From NCBI GenBank assembly GCA_964542785.1, contig CAZIUK010000001.1, positions 5,115 to 69,114 of the forward strand: a DNA stretch of 64,000 nt, given 5' to 3'. Positions 57,793 to 64,000 of this stretch are shown in pieces. The DNA is from an uncultured Planctomycetales bacterium (GTDB taxonomy: Bacteria > Omnitrophota > Gorgyraeia > Gygaellales > Profunditerraquicolaceae). The number at the start of each line of letters is the position of its first letter. Position 1 is the stretch's first letter. Under the pieces are notes generated by a model. It was not told the DNA's origin. It made no database searches and saw only the letters and a program-made list of their open reading frames with translations. Made by a program: the position numbers and the translations under genes.

Positions 57793-58815
57793 ATGAAGCA
57801 GGGAGGGAAAAAGAGGATACTTATTTTTAATGTTAATTGGTTGGGGGATGTTTTGTTTTCTACAGCTGCGATAAGGAATATACGCCGTAATTTTCCGGAT
57901 AGTTTTATCGCCTGTGTTATCCCCAGCCGTTGTTATCCTATACTAAAAGAAAACCCTAACTTAGATGAGGTTATCATTTTTGATGAAAAAGATAGGCATA
58001 AGAGCATATTTAAAAAGTTTAACTTTATGCTTAGTTTAAAAAATAGGAAGTTTGATATTGTCTTTCTTTTGCACCGTTCTTTTAGCCGCGCGCTTATTTG
58101 TCGTCTTGCCGGTATTCCTGAGAGGATAGGCCATTATACGCGGAAGAGAGGGTTTTTGCTTACTAAAAAGATTTTCCCGCCTGCGGTTGATTCTTTACAC
58201 AGGATAGATTATTATTTGGATGTTGTTGAAAGAGGAGGTTTTAGGGTTGAGGATAGGTATTTAGAGTTTTATTATACTGATTCTGATCTAGAGCGCGTAA
58301 GGGGATTTTTAAAGGAGCACTCTATCAAAAAGGAAGATTTTTTGGTTGTAATAAACCCGGGAGGAAACTGGCTTTTAAAACGTTGGCCAAAGGAATACTG
58401 GGCGCAGTTATCCGATGAGTTAATTGAAAAGTTTAACGCGAAAGTGATTATTAGCGGAGGAGATAAAGATATAACTTTAGCCAGTCAGATTAAGGGCAAA
58501 ATGAAGCATAAGCCAGCGATTGCTTGTGGAGTATTTAATATCAAGCAATTAGGCGCCTTGGCAAAAGAGTCAAGCCTTTTTATTACTGCTGATACCGGCC
58601 CCTTACATATAGCAAATAGCGTAGGGGCTAAAAAGATAATCTGCCTCTTTGGCCCTACCTCTACCTTAGTTACCGGGCCATACCCAATAAAGAATGCCAT
58701 AATTTTACAAAAGGATGTTGGATGCAAGATTCCCTGTTACAATCTAAAGTGTAAAGATGCCCGTTGCATGAAGGCGATTACCCCTGAAGATGTCCTAAGG
58801 GCTATAAAATCTTAA
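57793..58815 (+). CDS. GT9 heptosyltransferase (WaaF/WaaC-like)
   Basis: ...RILIFNVNWLGDVLFSTAAIRNI...; C-terminal C-x3-C-x4-C-x4-C...AITPEDV. Confidence 0.75.
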   Translation: MKQGGKKRILIFNVNWLGDVLFSTAAIRNIRRNFPDSFIACVIPSRCYPILKENPNLDEVIIFDEKDRHKSIFKKFNFMLSLKNRKFDIVFLLHRSFSRALICRLAGIPERIGHYTRKRGFLLTKKIFPPAVDSLHRIDYYLDVVERGGFRVEDRYLEFYYTDSDLERVRGFLKEHSIKKEDFLVVINPGGNWLLKRWPKEYWAQLSDELIEKFNAKVIISGGDKDITLASQIKGKMKHKPAIACGVFNIKQLGALAKESSLFITADTGPLHIANSVGAKKIICLFGPTSTLVTGPYPIKNAIILQKDVGCKIPCYNLKCKDARCMKAITPEDVLRAIKS

Positions 58816-58824
58816 AAAACACCT

Positions 58825-60837
58825 ATGCAAAAAAAGATTCTTTTTATTACCTTAAGTAATATAGGAGATGCAGTCCTTACTTTGCCTGTGTTAGATAGGG
58901 TTCAATTTGAGTTTCCGGATTCTAATATTACGGTTTTAGGGAGTAAGAGAGTAGGGGAGGTATTTTACGGTAATCCTAAGATAACTAAGTTTATCTTCTA
59001 TGATAAGAAAGCTACTTTACAGGAGAAATTAAGTCTTTTAATAAATCTTTTTAAGGAGGATTTTGACATAATTATAGACCTTAAAGATACATTTTTAGGG
59101 TTTCTTCTTAAAGTAAGAAGAGGTATTTTTCCTTTTAGGTTTATGCCAAGGTCTATTAAGCATATGAAAGAACGCCACCTCTTACGAGCGGGATTTAAGC
59201 CAAAAGATAGCCCTCCAAAGACATTTTTTTCTGTTAGTAAAGAAGATATAGAGCGGATAGATTTAATTTTAAGCAAGGCAGGGGTAGAGAAGAAGGATAA
59301 GGCTATTGTTGTTTCTAGCGGAGCGCGAAGTAGTTCAAAGATTTGGCAGGAAGAAAAATTTGTAGAGCTTATATACAATTTAATAAAGGAGTATAATTTT
59401 AAAATTATACTGGTAGGAGATAGTAAGGATAAAGAAGTAAGTAACCGTATTAACAGCGCACTGGGTTTTGTTTGCTTGGATTTATCCGGCAAAACGAGTT
59501 TACAGGAACTTGCCTGTATATTAAAGAGGTCTAAGTTATTAATTAGTAATGATAGCGCTGTAATGCATATTGCAAGTTACCTTGATATCCCGGTAGTTGC
59601 TATATTTGGCATTACTGATGATGCTAAGTATGGGCCGTGGTCAGAAAAAAGCTTTATCGTAAAAAAAGAAATTTTTTGCCGACCTTGCTCTAAGGCAGGA
59701 TGCCTTAAAAAGGCAAGAGAGTGTTTTGATTATATAAAGGCAGAAGATGTCTTATTAGGGGTAAGAAGGGTATTAGAAGGAAAATTACAAGAAAAGAAAA
59801 ATCTACGATTGCCTTATAAGCGGATATTAATCATACGTACAGACCGGATAGGGGATTTAGTTTTATCTACTCCTTTTATTAAGGCCGTAAGGCAAAATTA
59901 CCCTCACGCCTTTATATCCGTCCTCGTATCTTCTTATACAAAAGATATTGTAGAAGGTAACCCTTATTTAGATAAGGTTATAACTTATGATAAGGATACT
60001 AAACATAAAGGTTGGCTTTCCACTTTGGCTTTTTCTTGGAGTTTAAGGAAGTATAAGTTTGATCTAGTTTTTATCCTGCATCCAACTAACCGCGTGCATC
60101 TGATAAGTTGGTTAGCAGGTATCCCGCATAGGGTAGGTTTTAATAGAAAATTAGGATTTTTATTGACAAAAAAATCTTTGCACCGCAAGCACTTAGGAGA
60201 AAAACACGAATTAGAATATACAAATGATTTATTAAAGTTAATAGGCATAGATTTTTTAGAGAGGTCTCTTTTTATGCCACTAAAAGAAGAATCAGAAATA
60301 TGGGCAGAAGGGTTTCTATTTGCAAATGGTATAAGTAAGAGCGATAAACTTTTAATTATACACCCTGCGGCGAGTTGCCTTTCTAAGGTCTGGCCTGTTG
60401 AGAGGTTTTCTCAAGTAGCAGATACACTTTTTTTTGAGTATGGCCTTAAGGTTTTGGTTATTTCAGGCAATAATGGGATAGAGTTAGTTAAGGGGGTAGT
60501 TGATAATATGCAAGTTAAGCCAGTTTCTTTGGCTGGAGGTGCATCTCTTTCACAGTTAGCAAGCTTATTAAAGAGAGCAACCCTACTTATATCAAACGAT
60601 TCAGGCCCGGTGCATATTGCCTCGGCATTAAGAGTCCCTGTAATAGCTATATTCGGTAGAAACCAGCCCGGTTTAAGCCCTAAGCGCTGGGGCCCAGTAG
60701 GCAGAAAAGATAAGGTGTTGCATAAAGACATAGGCTGCTTGGAGTGTTTAGCGCACAACTGCAAAAATGGCTTTGCCTGTCTTAAGGCAATTACGGTTGA
60801 AGAGGTTCTTTCCTGCGCAAGGAGTATATTAAGGTAA
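58825..60837 (+). CDS. Tandem fusion of two GT9 heptosyltransferase domains
   Basis: Domain 1: ...ILFITLSNIGDAVLTLPVL.... Domain 2: ...ILIIRTDRIGDLVLSTPFIKAV.... Each ends with a Cys-rich motif. Confidence 0.7.
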   Translation: MQKKILFITLSNIGDAVLTLPVLDRVQFEFPDSNITVLGSKRVGEVFYGNPKITKFIFYDKKATLQEKLSLLINLFKEDFDIIIDLKDTFLGFLLKVRRGIFPFRFMPRSIKHMKERHLLRAGFKPKDSPPKTFFSVSKEDIERIDLILSKAGVEKKDKAIVVSSGARSSSKIWQEEKFVELIYNLIKEYNFKIILVGDSKDKEVSNRINSALGFVCLDLSGKTSLQELACILKRSKLLISNDSAVMHIASYLDIPVVAIFGITDDAKYGPWSEKSFIVKKEIFCRPCSKAGCLKKARECFDYIKAEDVLLGVRRVLEGKLQEKKNLRLPYKRILIIRTDRIGDLVLSTPFIKAVRQNYPHAFISVLVSSYTKDIVEGNPYLDKVITYDKDTKHKGWLSTLAFSWSLRKYKFDLVFILHPTNRVHLISWLAGIPHRVGFNRKLGFLLTKKSLHRKHLGEKHELEYTNDLLKLIGIDFLERSLFMPLKEESEIWAEGFLFANGISKSDKLLIIHPAASCLSKVWPVERFSQVADTLFFEYGLKVLVISGNNGIELVKGVVDNMQVKPVSLAGGASLSQLASLLKRATLLISNDSGPVHIASALRVPVIAIFGRNQPGLSPKRWGPVGRKDKVLHKDIGCLECLAHNCKNGFACLKAITVEEVLSCARSILR

Positions 60838-60873
60838 AAAAGCAAAAAAACCTTGACAAGGTATTAGAATAAC

Positions 60874-60902
60874 AGTAACTTATCTTTTATAAGTAAGTTA
60901 CT
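60874..60902. promoter_or_regulatory. 9-bp perfect inverted repeat AGTAACTTA-11 nt-TAAGTTACT, just downstream of a consensus TTGACA (60853-60858), upstream of the autotransporter gene; candidate operator
   Basis: Read directly. Confidence 0.3.
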
Positions 60903-60948
60903 ATAAAGCAAAAAGATTTTTATTAATTAAAACTAAAGGAGGGGCATA

Positions 60949-63345
60949 ATGAGTAGGGCCAACAAAAGTCCTTTTATCCTATCAATTATTCTGACGCTCT
61001 CATTTTTAGTATCTTACTTACCCAAGGCACAGGCAGCTTTACGTCAATTTAACGTTAATGATGGTAACTGGATGGATCCGGTAAATTGGGATGACGGGAA
61101 CGCACTTGAGGTACCTTTAGCAGCGGAAGGTGTAGAGATAATTAAAAATGTAACAGATATCGATCCAGGCAAAGAGGTTACTGTTCTTACCGCTGGATTC
61201 TACGGGGCGAAGTGGGATCCGGATGATAAAGGACTTACTCTTAATGCAACTGATAAGGTTACATTTTCTCGTAATGCAAGTGGCCCTTCTCGTTTGTCTA
61301 ATGGTACTATTAATGGTGACACTGATTTTTATAGCTCCTTAATGTCTGAAGGCACCATCTATGGTAATGTTACTTTTAATAAGCACTTAGATTATGATGA
61401 TCCCTCTAGAATGAACAATGGCACCATCAACGGTGAAACCACATTCAATAATAACTCTATCTTGTTCGGAGGCACCATCAATGGTGAAACCACATTCAAT
61501 GATGACTCTAGAATGGACGCCGGCACCATTAACGGCGAAACTACATTCAACGATGAATCTTTTATGGAATATGGCACCATCAACGGTGATGTCTTAATTA
61601 ACTCAACCAGTTATTTTGGAGGAATCATTCAAGGAGGGACAATCACATCCTTGCAGAATTTTTCTTTAAGAAACAACCTTACCATTAACAGTGCTGGAAC
61701 TATCTCTAATAATATTAGTGAAAAAGTTTCTAATAAAGGCAGCCTCACTAAAGGAGGCACAGGAATCTTAACTTTAAGCGGCAACAATACCTATTCTCAG
61801 GGAACAGAAATTACTTCAGGGACCCTAGCAGTTGGTAGTGCCAATGCTTTAGGTACAGGGAAAGTTACAGTTAAAAATGGCGCTACCCTTGACATAGGGT
61901 TAACTGATCTTACAATAGGAGGTGTTTATACCCAAGATGCTAATTCTAACTTCAATGTTACAATTAACGGGAACACTTCCGGTAGTATTCAAGTATCTAA
62001 TAAGGTGCATTCAGTTAGTGAAAATGCCAATCTAAACTTAACCATAACCGGTTATGTTGAAGATGGTAATGTATATACAATTATACAAGGAGTTGGAGCT
62101 GCTTCTGGTATTAATGCGCCAAATATTAATTTTAATAGCGCTATTCTTTCTTTTGAAGTTACTAAATTTGGAGATAGTTTAGAGATTACTGCTACTCGTG
62201 ATACTTATGATTCAGCTTCTTCAGGTAATGCTGCTGCTGCTGGGGCTGCGTTTGATAGGGCAGGCAAAGCAGGAGCAACAGGAGATATGGCTGATGTTTT
62301 AAATGAACTTGATACTCTTCCTTCAGCAGCTGCGCTTAACCAAGTCTTAGGCACTACAACTCCGGCTGTAGATGCCGGGGTTTTAAATGCAAGCAACTCT
62401 ACCCTAAACAACTTTATCGGAGCATCTTTAAATAGGATGCGCAACCTCTTTGCCTTTGCAGGAAAAGAAACTGCCAACTCAGGAGTATCTGCAGGAGATG
62501 AGAAGAAGTTAAATAGTATTTGGGCTAAAGGTTATGGTAGTTACTTAGATCAGGACGCAAGAAAAGGCGCCTCGGGTTACAGCGCTTGGAACTCAGGGAC
62601 TGCCTTTGGCATAGACCGTTTATTTAGCGATGTCTTTACTCTTGGCATAAGCGCAGGTTATGCCTATGGTAAGGTTAATTCAAATGCCAATAGCGCAAGG
62701 ACAAGCATTAATAGCGCCCAAGGGACGATATACGCAGGCTTCCAGCCCTTAGAAGCTCCTTATTACATAGATGCAACAGGCTCATTTGCCTGGAATTGGT
62801 ATGACTCTTGGCGCAGCATCGATATCGGTGGGATACATAGGATTGCCAAGGCTGAATATGACGGACAGCAGTATTCAACTTACATAGAAGGAGGCTACAA
62901 AGTTAAACTCAGTAAGAGTTTAGAAGTTACTCCCTTAGCCTCTTTACAATGGAGTCACCTTAACCTTGAGAGATACTCTGAGACAAGCGCAGGCTCTTTA
63001 AGCTTAAATGTTGACCGACAGAGCTACGATATACTTCAATCTGGCTTAGGGATAAAGGCATCTTCACAGATAGAGTATAAATGGGGTAATTTTATCCCCG
63101 AGCTTCACCTTAAGTGGCTTTATGACTTTATCAATGATGATATGGTAGTCACCTCTTCCTTTAACGGTGGTGGAGGGTCATTTACCTCTAAAGGCGCTAA
63201 GCCAGCAAGGCATAGCTTTAATACTGGCGGTAAGTTCTCCTTTGAACTTAAGAATGATATCTCTCTTATCGCCGAGTGCAACGTAGAGTTAAAGGATAGA
63301 TTTGTCGGTATTTACGGCTCAGGAGCATTGCGCTACAAGTTCTAA
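60949..63345 (+). CDS. Autotransporter (type Va secretion): signal peptide, repeat-containing passenger, C-terminal beta-barrel translocator ending in ...YKF
   Basis: Signal peptide ...LSFLVSYLPKAQA; pertactin-like passenger ...GTLAVGSANALGTGKVTVKNGATLD...; C-terminal aromatic-terminated barrel. Confidence 0.75.
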   Translation: MSRANKSPFILSIILTLSFLVSYLPKAQAALRQFNVNDGNWMDPVNWDDGNALEVPLAAEGVEIIKNVTDIDPGKEVTVLTAGFYGAKWDPDDKGLTLNATDKVTFSRNASGPSRLSNGTINGDTDFYSSLMSEGTIYGNVTFNKHLDYDDPSRMNNGTINGETTFNNNSILFGGTINGETTFNDDSRMDAGTINGETTFNDESFMEYGTINGDVLINSTSYFGGIIQGGTITSLQNFSLRNNLTINSAGTISNNISEKVSNKGSLTKGGTGILTLSGNNTYSQGTEITSGTLAVGSANALGTGKVTVKNGATLDIGLTDLTIGGVYTQDANSNFNVTINGNTSGSIQVSNKVHSVSENANLNLTITGYVEDGNVYTIIQGVGAASGINAPNINFNSAILSFEVTKFGDSLEITATRDTYDSASSGNAAAAGAAFDRAGKAGATGDMADVLNELDTLPSAAALNQVLGTTTPAVDAGVLNASNSTLNNFIGASLNRMRNLFAFAGKETANSGVSAGDEKKLNSIWAKGYGSYLDQDARKGASGYSAWNSGTAFGIDRLFSDVFTLGISAGYAYGKVNSNANSARTSINSAQGTIYAGFQPLEAPYYIDATGSFAWNWYDSWRSIDIGGIHRIAKAEYDGQQYSTYIEGGYKVKLSKSLEVTPLASLQWSHLNLERYSETSAGSLSLNVDRQSYDILQSGLGIKASSQIEYKWGNFIPELHLKWLYDFINDDMVVTSSFNGGGGSFTSKGAKPARHSFNTGGKFSFELKNDISLIAECNVELKDRFVGIYGSGALRYKF
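61420..61602 (+). repeat. Intragenic 51-nt (17-aa) tandem repeats G-T-I-N-G-E-T-T-F-N-x6-7 (3.5 near-identical copies plus degenerate flanking copies)
   Basis: Copies start at 61420, 61471, 61522 and 61573, counted by eye. Confidence 0.8.
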
Positions 63346-63375
63346 TAAAAATTAAAAGAGCTAACCTTTACACCA

Positions 63376-63409
63376 CAGCCCCAAGATACTTGGGGCTGTT
63401 TACTTTTAT
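63376..63409 (+). terminator. Rho-independent terminator (CAGCCCCA-7 nt loop-TGGGGCTG, then TTTACTTTTAT)
   Basis: Read directly, 30 nt after the autotransporter stop. Confidence 0.6.
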
Positions 63410-64000
63410 GCAAAAAGAAAGCAAAAGCATTTATCTAATTATCCTGTTATTGATAGTAACTTTAATTGGCACTTGCGGTTGTTTAAGGATACCAATGTTA
63501 AAGAGCAGGTTATCTATAGCCGATGATATTGCAGTTAAGGCAGGGCTAGAAAGAGAATATATCAAGGCAGGTATATTTACGTTTATGGTTTATCAGAGAT
63601 TTGGTGGGTTATCAGATAAGTTAAGTATATATATTGAAGGGGATGGCAGGGCCTGGGAGAGTAAGCATAGGTTGTCAAGCGACCCTACCCCTTTGGACCC
63701 CGTAGGGTTAAGGTTAGCAGTGGTTGACCCTACGGTAAATCTTGCTTATATAGCAAGGCCGGGGCAGTATCATCCCATAGGCACTGTTGACTGTAGTCCT
63801 GAGTATTGGTCGGAAAAAAGGTTTGCAGTTGAGGTAATAGAATCCATGAGCAGGGTTATCGATATCTTAAAAGAAAAGTCAAAGGCAAAATATGTAGGGC
63901 TTGTCGGATATTCTGGCGGAGGGGGTGTTGCTGCGCTTATAGCTTCATACAGAAGCGACGTTACTTCGCTTAGGACCGTGGCTGGCAATTTAGACATTGA
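63408..64000 (+). CDS. Partial (3'-truncated by the window edge) membrane-anchored alpha/beta-hydrolase-like protein
   Basis: Hydrophobic N-terminus and GYSGG (GxSxG nucleophile elbow) near the window end. The ORF runs off the window. Confidence 0.45.
   Translation, partial: MQKESKSIYLIILLLIVTLIGTCGCLRIPMLKSRLSIADDIAVKAGLEREYIKAGIFTFMVYQRFGGLSDKLSIYIEGDGRAWESKHRLSSDPTPLDPVGLRLAVVDPTVNLAYIARPGQYHPIGTVDCSPEYWSEKRFAVEVIESMSRVIDILKEKSKAKYVGLVGYSGGGGVAALIASYRSDVTSLRTVAGNLDI

Noticed and set aside
60411-60845. 144-aa minus-strand ORF
   Set aside because: It lies entirely antisense within the GT9–GT9 heptosyltransferase gene and has no recognisable domain or RBS.
61392-61583. 63-aa minus-strand ORF with internal repeats
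   Set aside because: It is the reverse-frame shadow of the autotransporter tandem repeats, not an independent gene.
1-64000. CRISPR arrays, tRNA or rRNA genes
   Set aside because: No regularly spaced direct repeats were seen. Intergenic gaps are short (mostly under 100 nt), and none contains a cloverleaf-compatible sequence ending in CCA.

Overview
This is a 64 kb, AT-rich bacterial chromosomal window. Nearly all genes are on the + strand, and many have overlapping start/stop codons, so the genes are packed into long operon-like runs. The presence of KdtA/WaaA, LpxK, LpxL, heptosyltransferases, TolC and an autotransporter indicates a diderm (outer-membrane) organism; the phylum cannot be assigned from sequence alone. 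In order, the window contains:

(a) A short accessory stretch: a winged-HTH–nucleotidyltransferase (MNT) / HEPN-like gene pair preceded by a perfect palindrome, a Rho-independent terminator, and a decayed IS256-family insertion sequence (frameshifted transposase with 14-bp inverted termini).

(b) A giant 2918-aa cyclic beta-1,2-glucan synthase-like gene (GT-A 'D..DxD' domain plus a C-terminal GH94 phosphorylase-like domain). It is followed in the same orientation by TolC-like, MacA-like, MacB-like and MATE efflux genes, then a PilZ-domain protein and a stand-alone GH94-like enzyme.

(c) A purine-biosynthesis block, purB-purL-(LOG)-purF-purM-(SPFH)-purD-purE. The purF product has Ser at the nucleophile position.

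(d) A Bacillus-like ywlC-ywlE-rpiB-glyA syntenic block in which TsaC/YrdC is fused to a low-molecular-weight phosphatase, followed by a dCMP deaminase, nrdR, a DUF151 nuclease and the CCA-adding enzyme.

(e) An AsmA-like gene interrupted by an in-frame TAG, a putative outer-membrane protein, nth, trpB2, yjbQ, a Macro–Nudix fusion, a convergent Ski2-like helicase, a thermonuclease, aroC, aroK, dprA, topA and xerC/D.

(f) A lipid A / LPS-core cluster: waaA with a G8 homopolymer at its 5' end, lpxK, an LpxL-like acyltransferase fused to an extra domain, and four GT9 heptosyltransferase domains (two in unusual fusions), plus a GT4.

(g) An autotransporter with 17-aa tandem repeats, a palindromic candidate operator and a terminator, then a partial alpha/beta-hydrolase-like ORF at the window edge.

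No rRNA, tRNA or CRISPR array was found.

The most interesting candidate system is the glucan module: the Cgs-like synthase, the tripartite pump plus MATE, and the PilZ + GH94 pair. This looks like a synthesis–export–turnover locus for a beta-glucan that may be regulated by c-di-GMP, in a lineage where it has not been described. The 4-domain-plus heptosyltransferase LPS-core cluster with a phase-variation-like G-tract is the second.
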